From: an uncultured Desulfatitalea sp.
GTDB lineage: Bacteria; Desulfobacterota; Desulfobacteria; Desulfobacterales; Desulfosarcinaceae
Direction: 5' to 3'
Assembly (NCBI GenBank): GCA_963668675.2
Contig: CAXXMB010000002.1
Location: 1,472,001 to 1,536,000, forward strand
Length of the DNA stretch: 64,000 nt
A model generated the notes under the pieces. It saw only the letters and a program-made list of their open reading frames with translations, was not told where the DNA came from and searched no databases. Both the position numbers and the translations under genes were made by a program. This document shows, one piece after another, positions 19,152 to 30,200 of this stretch. Position 1 is the first letter of the stretch, and each line of letters opens with the position of its first letter.

Positions 19152-22100
19152 ATGGATGTTTTCAAATACCGTGATGAAGTAGTAGCCAATTATCGTTCTT
19201 TTACGACAAGCTTCACGAAAATCAAAGCAGATGACATCCAGCAATTTGTAACAGACCAATATAATTCCGGTCACTATTGGCCGGCTCCCCTAATCCAAAT
19301 AAATCCATCATTCGTTCTTGGGCAAACCGTTGAACAACTGGTGTCGGCAAATAAGATTAATCCTATTTGCCAAGATATTTTTAGATTCGAGAAAAGGGCA
19401 GGCTCTCCAGGTTACTCTGCACAACTTTTCAAGCATCAAATGGATGCAATAGAAATTGCCAAGCGGGGCGAAAGCTACGTCCTGACAACAGGTACAGGAT
19501 CAGGCAAGTCGCTTGCTTATATGCTGCCCATCATTGATAGCATTTTAAACTCAAAACATAGTGATTCCTCGGGGATCAAAGCCATAATCATTTATCCGAT
19601 GAATGCACTTGTTAACAGTCAACTGGAGGAATTGGATAAGTTTTTAGGACACTACAAAGACAAACCCGTCACATACGGGCGTTATACCGGTCAAGAAAAT
19701 CAGGATGAGAGGCACGCAATGGCGGCGGCACCACCTGACATCATTTTGACCAACTTCATGATGCTGGAATTGTTGATGACCAGGCAGGACGACTTGGATC
19801 GCACCATCATGAAGGCGGCAAAAGGACTGAATTTTTTAGTCCTGGATGAACTACATACCTATCGAGGTCGACAAGGGGCTGATGTTGCCATGCTTGTTCG
19901 ACGTGTCAGGGAAGCCCTCAATAAAGATGTCCAATGTATCGGGACCTCTGCGACCATGGCCAGCGAAGGCACATTGCAGGCGCGCAATGAAGCTATTGCC
20001 GAGGTCGCCAGCAAACTGTTTGGAACGCCTGTAAAACCCGAAAATATCGTCACCGAAACGATACAACGGCAAACACCACATTCTGAAAAACCGGTTGGAG
20101 CTGTTCTCGCTAAATCCATTCAAATGAGTTTGCCATCTAAAATGGACTTTAAAGCATTCAGAGAGCACCCGGTATCCTCATGGATTGAGTTGACGCTTGG
20201 GATAACCAAAGAAGATGGTCGCTGGGTTCGAACGCTCCCTCAGACGATCCGAGATGCTGCGATGAAATTGGCTGAAGATAGTGAACTTTCATCTGAGCTG
20301 TGTGAATCATTTCTCAGAAAGTTCCTGCTTAGCGCTTATCAATGTCGTGATAATAGCGGCAAACCGTTATTTGCTTTCCGCCTGCACCAGTTTATTTCCG
20401 GTGCCAATACGCTCTATTCCACCCTGGAGCCAGAAGGAAAAAGAAAGTTCGATTTAACCGGCCAACAATACTTGCCCGGCGACAGAGGTAAACGATTTTT
20501 CAGTGTTCATTTCTGCCGTCAATGTGGACAAGATTATCACCCGGTCTGGCATGGTGTTGAAGATGGGACACCCTTTTTGACTCCTCGGGATATAGATGAT
20601 CGTTCCCATGGTGAAGAAGATGCTGATTTCGGCTTTTTCATGTTTGACCCTCATGAGATCTGGAATGATCACAATATAGAAAACTTCCCCGAAAATTGGC
20701 TCGAAGAGCACAAAGGGACACTCCGGGTTAAAAACAACTTTAAAAAATATCAGCCAAAGAATGTGACTGTTGATCCCAGCGGCAAAATAGAGGCGAACGG
20801 CGAACAGGGATGGTTTATTCCTGGAAGCTTCAGATTCTGTCTCAATTGCGGGGTATCCCATGCGGCCCGTGGGAGGGATGTGAACAGAATAACAGGGCTT
20901 AGTGGTGAAGGCCGCTCTTCGGCAACAACCGTACTGGCAATTTCAGCGCTGACACATATGCTGGAGCAGGATACAGAGTTATCGTCTGAAGCTAAAAAAT
21001 TACTTGGATTTACCGACAACAGGCAGGATGCTTCCCTTCAGGCAGGGCATTTTAACGATTTTATCCAGATTTTACTGCTGCGGGGTGCATTGCTTTCCGC
21101 TGTGCAAAAAGCCCCTGACGGATATCTTACGGACAGCGTTATTGCGCAACGTGTATTCACTCAACTTGGCTTCGATAGCTTTGGGGAGGATTATCTTGAA
21201 AATCCGAACGCGGATGGCCCACCCAGACGCAGGGCTGAAGAAACCATGCGCAGTGTCCTTGGTTACAGACTCTATTTTGATCTACGCAGAGGGTGGCGCT
21301 ACAACAACCCCAATCTTGAACAACTCGGTTTGTTGGGTATCGATTATGAAGGGCTTCGAGAGCTTTGCGAAAAGCAATCCAAATGGGAAGGGCTTCAGTT
21401 TGATAAATTAGCCAGGATAACCCCCGGCATAAGGGAAGGCGTTCTTCGGTTGCTCATGGATGCCATGCGCCGCGGCCTTTGCATCAAAAGCCGATATTTA
21501 GACCGAATCCACTTGGAGCAAATAAAAAACCAGTCATTTCAATATCTCAAAGAACCATGGGGCTTCACCGAAGACGAAATACCCCAGGAGGCGTGCATTT
21601 TTTTACCGGCGGCAAAACCTCCAACGATGCGTCAATATTTTAACTTAGTCTCCGGTTCCTCGCGATCGACTCTGGGTCAGGCCCTAAAACGTCCTTCCAC
21701 ATGGGGCGCCGATGCAGAAACTGTCGGGCCAATCAAAGAAAAAGACTATGCTAATCTGATCAACAGTCTGTTGCAAGTTCTTTTAAGTTACGGTCTTGTT
21801 GAGGAGATCGACATAAACCGACAAATCAAAGGGTATCAACTCATAGGAGAGTTTCTTCAATGGCGACCGGCTCGTGAAACAGATGTCGGTAATGCGTTGA
21901 TGCTCCATTCTTCAGACAACCCCTTTTTTAAGGCATTATACCAAAGCGTGGCTACGCTCCTTTCTGAATGCAAAAGAACTCTGTTCGAAATGGAGGCCCG
22001 GGAGCATACGGCACAAGTCGATCCAGCACAGCGCGAAGAGCGGGAACAGCGTTTTCGCGAGGCAACTCTCAGGACCATGTTTTGTTCACCAACCATGGAA

Positions 22101-24374
22101 TTAGGCGTTGATATTGCCACGTTGAACACCGTGTATATGAGGAACATTCCGCCAACACCCGCAAATTACGCCCAACGCAGCGGTCGCGCCGGCCGTTCCG
22201 GACAGCCGGCACTTGTTCTCACCTATTGTGCTGCCTTGAGCCCTCATGATCAGTATTTTTTCCAAGATCCCGTCAAAATGGTGCATGGCCACGTGAGTCC
22301 GCCAACCCTCGATTTGGCCAATGAAGATCTTGTCGCCAGCCATCTACATGCCGTTTGGCTCAATGAAACCCGAAAGGCGCTTCCCAAAACAGTCAACAAT
22401 ATGCTGGACATGACGGCCCCTGAAAAGATGCCTGTTTTGAATGAATTCTTGGAGCAAATGGATAATGCTGATGTACGAAGCAGAACAGCTACCCGAGGAT
22501 TGAACCTGGTGCGGATGCTATACCCTGACCTGCAAGCAGCACGGGGCATCTGGATCAGCAATGACGGCTCACTTGAAGATGCATTGTCGGCATGGCTCGA
22601 GAAGCGTATCCAAGGCGCCTTCAATCAATTCAATCTCGCCCTTGATCGCTGGCGGGACCTTTATGCGGCTACCCAAAAGCAACTTCAGGCGGCGCATGAA
22701 ATCACCAGTAATCCAGCAGCCAGTGAACGCGAACGCAAAGCAGCCGCCAAACGATATGGCGAAGCCAGGACCCAGCTTGATCTCCTGCTCAATGCAGGAA
22801 GCGAGTATAATTCCGACTTTTCCACTTACCGCTACCTGGCAAGTCAGGGTTTTTTACCGGGATATAACTTCCCCCGCCTTCCATTGCTTGCCTACATGCC
22901 TGCACGTCGTGGCAAAATCGGTCGTGATAGCTTTCTAGCCAGACCGCGTTTTCTCGCTATATCCGAGTTTGGTCCCCTCAGTCTCATATACCATGAAGGC
23001 AGTCAATATCGTGTTAAAAAGGTCATTCTTGGAGTGCGGGGGGAGCAGGGACTGGACCAGTCTGGCTTAGTTACAGAGGAGGCAAGGCTCTGCCCCAATT
23101 GTGGATATGGACATTTCCATCGCCAATTAGGATATGAGCTTTGTCAGTCCTGCAACACTGAGATTGACGGTGGTTTGCGTATAGATAATCTCTATCGTGT
23201 TGAGAACGTCAGCACCCAAAGGGCTTTCCGAATTACCAGCGACGAGGAGGAGCGCACCCGCCAGGGCTATGAAATGCACACGACCGTGCAATTCGCGGAA
23301 ACCGACAACAATCTTCGGGTGCTCTCGGCAGAGGTGATGTTTCAAGACACAACGGTTCTTACCCTCAAATATGCGCCGGCTGCTACCGTGTGGCGAATCA
23401 ATCTCGGCTGGCGGCGCCGGAAGGAAAAATCGATTTACGGCTTCAACATCGATGCAACCACAGGATACTGGTCTAAGGATGAGCAAGCCCCGCTGGATCA
23501 AAATGATGCTGCGGAAAGAGAAGAGCGCTGCATCCAGCGTATCACCCCTTTTGTGGAAGACCGGCGCAATGTCTTGATTCTTCAACCATCAAAAGCATTA
23601 AATGAAAAGGTGATTACTACACTTCAGGTCGCCCTAAAGAGAGGCATTGAAGAAGAGTTCCAAATAGAAGAGTCTGAGCTCATGGTGGAGCCACTACCAC
23701 ATCGTGAACAACGCAATGCGATATTATTATATGAAGCGGCCGAAGGCGGCGCCGGTGTTCTTACCCGGCTTGTATCCGATGCAACCGCCTTGGCGAAGGT
23801 GGCGGATCGGGCGCTCCGTGTGTGCCATTATCAGCCGACCGGCAGCTGGCAGGAATCAAATGTGGCGACGAGCAACGCGAACAATGATTGCGAGGCCGGA
23901 TGCTATCGGTGCCTTCTAAGTTATTACAACCAACCGGACCATGAACTGCTGGACCGTCGAAATCCTGAAGTGTTTGAAATCCTGACCTCGCTTACTGATG
24001 CCACCGTGCAAACTGCCTCCGGCGGCCGAAGTCACAACGAACAAGCCGAACACCTGAGCCGTCTTTCCAACAGCTCCCTGGAACAGGAGTGGCTTGAATA
24101 TCTAAAACGACATGCCCACCGGCTGCCGGATGAAGCCCAGATTACTTTGGAACAGTTCGGCACCCGTCCCGATTTTCTATACCGCAAACATCAGGCCGTC
24201 ATCTATATCGATGGCCCTCATCACGAAAAGCAGGCCCAACAAAAAATCGACGCTGCTTTAACCCAGAAGCTTGAAGCAGCAGGGTTGGTAGTTATACGTT
24301 TCCCCAAAGAAAAAACCCTCTGGGCAGGTATTCTATCGAAATATCCGGATGTGTTTGGAGTCTCAAAATCATGA
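19152..24374 (+). CDS. DEAD/DEAH SF2 helicase with DUF1998 domain and C-terminal DUF559/Vsr-like nuclease (DrmA-DrmB-like fusion)
   Basis: TGTGSGKS, YPMNAL, DELH, SAT, TMELGVDI, QRSGRAGR; EGGAGVL...CEAGCYRCLL; RPDFLY...IYIDGPHH...VIRF. Confidence 0.85.
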   Translation: MDVFKYRDEVVANYRSFTTSFTKIKADDIQQFVTDQYNSGHYWPAPLIQINPSFVLGQTVEQLVSANKINPICQDIFRFEKRAGSPGYSAQLFKHQMDAIEIAKRGESYVLTTGTGSGKSLAYMLPIIDSILNSKHSDSSGIKAIIIYPMNALVNSQLEELDKFLGHYKDKPVTYGRYTGQENQDERHAMAAAPPDIILTNFMMLELLMTRQDDLDRTIMKAAKGLNFLVLDELHTYRGRQGADVAMLVRRVREALNKDVQCIGTSATMASEGTLQARNEAIAEVASKLFGTPVKPENIVTETIQRQTPHSEKPVGAVLAKSIQMSLPSKMDFKAFREHPVSSWIELTLGITKEDGRWVRTLPQTIRDAAMKLAEDSELSSELCESFLRKFLLSAYQCRDNSGKPLFAFRLHQFISGANTLYSTLEPEGKRKFDLTGQQYLPGDRGKRFFSVHFCRQCGQDYHPVWHGVEDGTPFLTPRDIDDRSHGEEDADFGFFMFDPHEIWNDHNIENFPENWLEEHKGTLRVKNNFKKYQPKNVTVDPSGKIEANGEQGWFIPGSFRFCLNCGVSHAARGRDVNRITGLSGEGRSSATTVLAISALTHMLEQDTELSSEAKKLLGFTDNRQDASLQAGHFNDFIQILLLRGALLSAVQKAPDGYLTDSVIAQRVFTQLGFDSFGEDYLENPNADGPPRRRAEETMRSVLGYRLYFDLRRGWRYNNPNLEQLGLLGIDYEGLRELCEKQSKWEGLQFDKLARITPGIREGVLRLLMDAMRRGLCIKSRYLDRIHLEQIKNQSFQYLKEPWGFTEDEIPQEACIFLPAAKPPTMRQYFNLVSGSSRSTLGQALKRPSTWGADAETVGPIKEKDYANLINSLLQVLLSYGLVEEIDINRQIKGYQLIGEFLQWRPARETDVGNALMLHSSDNPFFKALYQSVATLLSECKRTLFEMEAREHTAQVDPAQREEREQRFREATLRTMFCSPTMELGVDIATLNTVYMRNIPPTPANYAQRSGRAGRSGQPALVLTYCAALSPHDQYFFQDPVKMVHGHVSPPTLDLANEDLVASHLHAVWLNETRKALPKTVNNMLDMTAPEKMPVLNEFLEQMDNADVRSRTATRGLNLVRMLYPDLQAARGIWISNDGSLEDALSAWLEKRIQGAFNQFNLALDRWRDLYAATQKQLQAAHEITSNPAASERERKAAAKRYGEARTQLDLLLNAGSEYNSDFSTYRYLASQGFLPGYNFPRLPLLAYMPARRGKIGRDSFLARPRFLAISEFGPLSLIYHEGSQYRVKKVILGVRGEQGLDQSGLVTEEARLCPNCGYGHFHRQLGYELCQSCNTEIDGGLRIDNLYRVENVSTQRAFRITSDEEERTRQGYEMHTTVQFAETDNNLRVLSAEVMFQDTTVLTLKYAPAATVWRINLGWRRRKEKSIYGFNIDATTGYWSKDEQAPLDQNDAAEREERCIQRITPFVEDRRNVLILQPSKALNEKVITTLQVALKRGIEEEFQIEESELMVEPLPHREQRNAILLYEAAEGGAGVLTRLVSDATALAKVADRALRVCHYQPTGSWQESNVATSNANNDCEAGCYRCLLSYYNQPDHELLDRRNPEVFEILTSLTDATVQTASGGRSHNEQAEHLSRLSNSSLEQEWLEYLKRHAHRLPDEAQITLEQFGTRPDFLYRKHQAVIYIDGPHHEKQAQQKIDAALTQKLEAAGLVVIRFPKEKTLWAGILSKYPDVFGVSKS

Positions 24375-27223
24375 ACCAGCTTTCTTTTCAACCCGGCAGC
24401 ATTGTCAGTGCTCGTGGCAGGGAATGGGTTGTTCTGCCCAAAAGTCATGACGAAACCCTCTATTTAAGACCCATGGGTAGTGGTGAAGAAAGTGTCACTG
24501 TTCTTTATGCACCACTGGAAAGAACACCGGTCAAGCAGGCCACATTTCCAATGCCCAAGGCAGATGAGGTCGGTATCCAATCCGCTGGCCTGTTGCTACG
24601 TGATGCCTTGATGCTGAAACTTAGAAACGGCGCCGGACCGTTCAGATCCTTTGGAAACATAGCCATCGAGCCGAGAGCCTACCAGTTGGTTCCGCTGATG
24701 ATGGCATTAAAACTTGAAATCCTGCGCTTATTGATTGCCGATGATGTCGGCATCGGCAAGACCATAGAAGCCGGGCTGATTGCCCGAGAGATGCTCGACA
24801 GGGGTGAAGTGGACCGGCTGGCGGTGCTCTGCCCGCCGCACCTTTGTGAACAGTGGCAAAAAGAGATGTTTGATCGGTTTCATATTGATGCGGAAATCGT
24901 ACGCACCAGCAGCGCAGCCCGCCTTGAACGAGGCATCCCCGCCGGGAGTTCCATCTTTTATGAGTACCCCTTCACCATTGTCAGCCTCGACTATATCAAA
25001 AACAAAAACCGAAGAGACGCATTTGCCGAACATTGCCCGGACATGGTAATCGTGGATGAAGCCCATACCTGTTCACGCACCGTACGCGGACGCCAATTGC
25101 GCTTTGAATTACTGCAAGATATCGCCAGGAATCAAAACCGGCACTTGTTGCTGCTTACCGCCACACCCCACAGCGGTGATGAAGATGCCTTTTATAATCT
25201 ATTGAGTCTTTTGAAACCACGGTTCACGGATCTTAAAGACATCAGTGGCGCAGATCACCCGCTACGCAAACAACTGGCCGATCATTTCGTCCAGCGTCGC
25301 CGTCAGGACATCAAAGAGTGGCAGGAAGGCCATCTTTTCCCCGAACGATTTACTGCAGAGGAGACATATAAGCTGAGCGGTGCATGGGGAGATCTGTTTC
25401 AGGAAGTGCTCGGCTATGCCCAGGAACTCGTGGAACGCGAAACAGAGGGCAGCCTTCGTCAACGAATGAATTGGTGGGCGGCCCTGGCCTTGCTTCGCTG
25501 CATCTCGTCCTCCCCCCAGGCAGCCGTCAGAGCCCTTAAAACACGCCTTGAAAACACCCTTAGTTCAGATGCCTCCCAGGATGAAGAAACCGCTGTGCAG
25601 GAACTTGAGGAAAAAGGTGCTTCCACCGTATTGGATGGTTCCGAAGACCTTGGCCTGAGCAATGACGACGTGGAACCGGGTGCCGCACTACCGGAAGATG
25701 TTGAACGCCTGACAGGCATGATTGAAAAGGCCCAGGCCCTGAAAATCAGCGCCGATCCAAAATTAAAGAAGCTCATCACAACTTTGGCCGGCATCTTGGA
25801 AGAAGGTTACCAGCCGGTTATTTTCTGTCGATACATCGCCACAGCCGAATACCTGGGTGATGCACTCTCACGAAAATTCAAACAGCATAACGTCATCACC
25901 GTAACCGGTGAACTAACCCCTCACGAGCGTGAAGAAAAGATCGAATCTCTCAAAGACACCGATCAACCCGCACTGTTGGTAGCCACGGACTGCCTTTCCG
26001 AAGGAATCAATTTACAGGAACAATTCACCGCAGTGGTCCACTATGACTTGAGCTGGAATCCCACCCGCCATGAGCAACGGGAAGGCCGCGTGGATCGATT
26101 CGGTCAAATGGCCGGTCAGGTTAAAGCGCTCATGCTTTATGGAGAAGACAACCCCATCGATGGCGCGGTACTGCAAGTGATCCTCAAAAAGGCAGAACGC
26201 ATCCGCAAAACCCTGGGGGTCAGTGTGCCCATGCCGGAGGACAACAATCGTATCACCCAAGCCATCATGAAAACGGTTTTGCTGCACAAACGCCGGACCT
26301 GTACTAACGCGCCAAAGCAGCTCACCCTGTTTGATATGGATGATGCCCCATTGGCTGAACTGGATCGCGACCTCGATGCAAAATGGGAATCGGTCCGGGA
26401 AAAAGCGAAAAAGCATCGCACCATCTTCGCTCAAAATCGGCTCAAACCTGAACAGGTTATGCCGGAATGGGAGAAAGCCTTTGCCGTATTGGGCACTGAA
26501 GCAGATGTGGAACGTTTTGTCATACGCACCTGTGAGCGCTTGGGCGCCCCTTTGGATAAACTTAAAAAAGGCGGCTATAGAATTCCATTGGCGCACCTGC
26601 CTTGGGAGGTGAAAGAACGCCTGGAAAGCAGCGGTCTGGCGAAAATCAACAAAATCGATTTTTACTATCCACCGGCTGCTATTGGTGCTGAATTTATCCA
26701 TCGTACTCATCCCTTGGTAAGTCATCTCGCCGATTTTGTAGCCGAATGCGCCATGAATGGCGGGCCGCACAACATAGTGGCCCGTGCTGGTGCCGTCTTT
26801 ACCAAAGAGGTTACCGCCAAAACCACGGTATTACTGCTGCGTCTTCGCAATCGCTTGATTATCCGCAGGGCAAAAGACCGGCGTGAGATGCTGGCTGAAG
26901 AAGCCCTGGCCATTGCTATCCATGGAACAGCCGAACCTGACATATTACCGACGAAGGAAGCCTTGCGCCTGATGCAAGTAGCCGTCTCAAAGAATATGGA
27001 ACCTGACCGCCGCATACGGGAACTCAATACTGCGTTGGAAACCGCCAAAAGTCTTCAATCGACCTTCGAAAAGATTGCCCAACAGCGTTCCCAGGAAGTT
27101 CTCACCGACCATCGGCGGGTCAGGGATGCCGCCGATGCCCGTGGGGAATACCTCGTCTACCCGCAACTGCCTGTTGATGTCATGGGGGTGTATGTCCTGG
27201 TTCCGGATGTGACCTTGTTTTAG
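24371..27223 (+). CDS. SNF2-family helicase (DrmD-like)
   Basis: LIADDVGIGKT, DEAH, LLLTATPHSG, SEGINLQ, EQREGRVDR; ATGA overlap with the upstream gene. Confidence 0.88.
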   Translation: MNQLSFQPGSIVSARGREWVVLPKSHDETLYLRPMGSGEESVTVLYAPLERTPVKQATFPMPKADEVGIQSAGLLLRDALMLKLRNGAGPFRSFGNIAIEPRAYQLVPLMMALKLEILRLLIADDVGIGKTIEAGLIAREMLDRGEVDRLAVLCPPHLCEQWQKEMFDRFHIDAEIVRTSSAARLERGIPAGSSIFYEYPFTIVSLDYIKNKNRRDAFAEHCPDMVIVDEAHTCSRTVRGRQLRFELLQDIARNQNRHLLLLTATPHSGDEDAFYNLLSLLKPRFTDLKDISGADHPLRKQLADHFVQRRRQDIKEWQEGHLFPERFTAEETYKLSGAWGDLFQEVLGYAQELVERETEGSLRQRMNWWAALALLRCISSSPQAAVRALKTRLENTLSSDASQDEETAVQELEEKGASTVLDGSEDLGLSNDDVEPGAALPEDVERLTGMIEKAQALKISADPKLKKLITTLAGILEEGYQPVIFCRYIATAEYLGDALSRKFKQHNVITVTGELTPHEREEKIESLKDTDQPALLVATDCLSEGINLQEQFTAVVHYDLSWNPTRHEQREGRVDRFGQMAGQVKALMLYGEDNPIDGAVLQVILKKAERIRKTLGVSVPMPEDNNRITQAIMKTVLLHKRRTCTNAPKQLTLFDMDDAPLAELDRDLDAKWESVREKAKKHRTIFAQNRLKPEQVMPEWEKAFAVLGTEADVERFVIRTCERLGAPLDKLKKGGYRIPLAHLPWEVKERLESSGLAKINKIDFYYPPAAIGAEFIHRTHPLVSHLADFVAECAMNGGPHNIVARAGAVFTKEVTAKTTVLLLRLRNRLIIRRAKDRREMLAEEALAIAIHGTAEPDILPTKEALRLMQVAVSKNMEPDRRIRELNTALETAKSLQSTFEKIAQQRSQEVLTDHRRVRDAADARGEYLVYPQLPVDVMGVYVLVPDVTLF

Positions 27224-27237
27224 AATGGATCTCGATC

Positions 27238-30200
27238 ATGCCCAAACACAGAAATGATACCGGCCTTGAGGCTATACGGATAGAAGGCGGACTCCTTTCT
27301 ACTGCACTGATGCAGCAGCTGCGTCACTATCAACTTCCCGGACAGACAAGCGAAGCATACGATATAGAAAAAGGCCTCAAGCTCAGTGATGAACTGGGGC
27401 GCTATTGGCGTATTGCCCAGGCGCGCTGGCAGCGATATTCGGAATTACGTCAAAGGGTCGACCTCGATCACACCACCCTTGCCGTGGAACAGTGGCTCCT
27501 ACCGCTATTTACCCGCGTGCTGGGGTATCAAATCAATCCGTCGGAGCCACTACAAAAGGCAGAGCGTCTGTTTCCCATCACCCATACCGCATTTGATGGC
27601 ACCGTACCTTTTGTCTTTACCGGCGCCGAATATCCGCTGGACACAGGCGACACCCGATTTGGAGAATCCGGGCACAAAAGATCCCCGGCCGGACTGCTTC
27701 AAGAATACATCAATGCTGAAGAGCGCTGTATGTGGGCCTTTGTCGGCAACGGGTTGACCTTGCGGCTGATGCGCGACAACCCGGCCATTACCAGGCCCGC
27801 CTATGTTGAAATCGACCTTCAGAGAATGTTTGATGAAGAGCTATATGCGGATTTTACCGTATTCTGGTTACTGTTGCATGCCACCCGCCTGGCCCCGGTA
27901 GACAGCCGCCCGGACAACTGCTACCTGGAACAGTGGCGAAATCAGGGCCTGGACGAAGGCGAACGGGTGCTGGGGCAGCTTCGATACGGTGTGACCCAAG
28001 CCCTTCGAATCATCGGCACCGGTTTTGTGGCCCATCCGGACAACCATAGCCTGAGAGAGAACCTCAAATCCGGAGAGCTGTCCACAGACCAGTTTTTTCA
28101 GGAATTGCTGCGCCTCATCTACCGCATGCTCTTTTTGCTGACCACAGAAGACCGTGGCGTGCTGCTCGACCCCAAGGCATCCAACGATGCTCGCACACTA
28201 TATCAGCAAGGTTACAGTGTCGGTATGCTGCGAGATCGCGCGCGTTTTAAGCGACATCATGACAATTACAGCGACGCCTGGCAACAGCTTCTGGTTACTT
28301 TTGCCGGATTTTCAACCGGTCAACCATTGCTGGCTCAACCTGCATTGGGAGGGCTTTTTGCCGACGACCAGTGCCCCAACCTGGACAAAGCCGAGTTGGC
28401 TAATCGCTATCTTTATACCGCCCTTTTCAACCTATGCTATTTTCAAACAGGTGGGGTGCTCTCCAGAGTAAATTACAAGGAGATGGATGAAGAGCTGGGG
28501 TCTATCTATGAATCCCTCCTGGAATTGATCCCCCAATTTTCCACCAACGGGCAGTGGCAGTTCGGATTTATTGGGGATGAAGCCGACGGCGACGGCACTG
28601 CAGGCCATGCCCGCAAATTAACCGGGTCTTATTACACCCCCCATGCCCTGGTTCAGGAGCTGATCAAGTCCGCCCTGGAGCCGGTATTGGCGCAACGATT
28701 GCGCGAGAATCCGGAAAACCCAAGAGAGGCATTGCTCGATATAACGGTGTGTGATCCCGCCTGCGGATCGGGGCATTTCCTGCTTGCCGCTGCACGGCGT
28801 CTGGCTGCCCAACTGGCCCGGATCGATGCAGGCAGCGACCAGCCAACGGAAACCGACTACCGCCACGCCTTGCGGGAGGTGATCAGCCGTTGCATCTATG
28901 GGGTGGATATCAACCCTCTGGCCGTGGAACTGTGCCGCATGGCTCTGTGGATCGAAGCCATGGAGCCGGGCAAGCCTTTGGGGTTTCTGGATGCCCACAT
29001 CCGGGTGGGCAATTCCCTGGTGGGGGTGTTGAATCCTGAAACGCTCAAAAAGGGAATTCCCGATAAAGCTTTTCAGCCGCTAACCGGGGACGATAAAGAT
29101 ATCGCCGCTGCACTTAAAATGCGCAACCGCTTAGACCCACGCCAGAAAGAGATTTTTGGTCGAGGGGTTGCAGACCTATCCGCCTGTGCCGTGGATCTGG
29201 CGGCCATGCCCGAGGAGGACCTGAACCAGGTTGAACAAAAACGCGATGCCTGGACGGCGATGCTTTATAGCGAAGCCTGCCAAAAAGAAAAGCTGCGCGC
29301 CGATCTTTATTCGGCCGCCTATTTTGCTCCCAAGACCGCTGAGAACAACGACAATGTGCCCACCAACTTTGAATTGAACGCCATTGAACATGATGAAGCC
29401 ATCCGTCCTGAAATGCGCTCCCATATCGCCGGATTAGCGGCCGGGCATCGATTTTTTCACTGGCATATCGCCTTTCCTGAAGTGTTTGAAAAGGGGGGCT
29501 TCGATGTGTTGTTGGGCAATCCGCCATGGGAGCGCATCAAAATACAGGAAAAGGAATTTTTTGCTTCCCGCAGCCAGGAAATTGCAGGCGCAGCCAATGC
29601 AGCGAGCCGAAGACGAAAAATTGAAGCATTGCAAAATGGCACGGAAGCGGAAAATGCTTTATATCGTGAATTTCAATACACGAAACACACGGCCGAGGCT
29701 GTCAGCCTATTCGTTCGGGAATCCGGCCGTTTCCCTCTGACTGCAAGGGGGGACATCAACCTTTATGCTATTTTTGCAGAGCATTTCGCTTATGCGGTTA
29801 ATGATACCGGAAGAGCCGGAATACTTGTGCCGACGGGTATTGCCACGGATGATTCGACAAAAATATTTTTTTCCACAGTTGTTAAAAATAATCGATTGTT
29901 CAGTCTTTTTGATTTTGAAAATCGGGAGGGGCTGTTTGCTGGCGTGCATAGAAGCTACAAGTTCTGCTTGCTTACTTTGGGTAGTAATAAACAAGCGGCA
30001 CAGCTATCCTTTTTTGCCACACAAACGCCACAACTTAAGGATAAACGACGCAGCTTTACACTCTCACCAGATGAGTTTTCATTGATTAATCCTAATACCC
30101 TCACCTGTCCAGTGTTTCGATCCCAGAAGGATGCCGAACTTACGAAAAAGATATACCGGACCGCACCAATATTGATTCGCGAAGCAACGTGTAAAAGGCC

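Noticed and set aside
19152..24374. Druantia DruE or Dpd-cluster DpdJ
   Set aside because: The DUF1998 helicase is shared, but the partners are SNF2 and an N6-MTase as in DISARM; no other dru or dpd cluster genes were recognised
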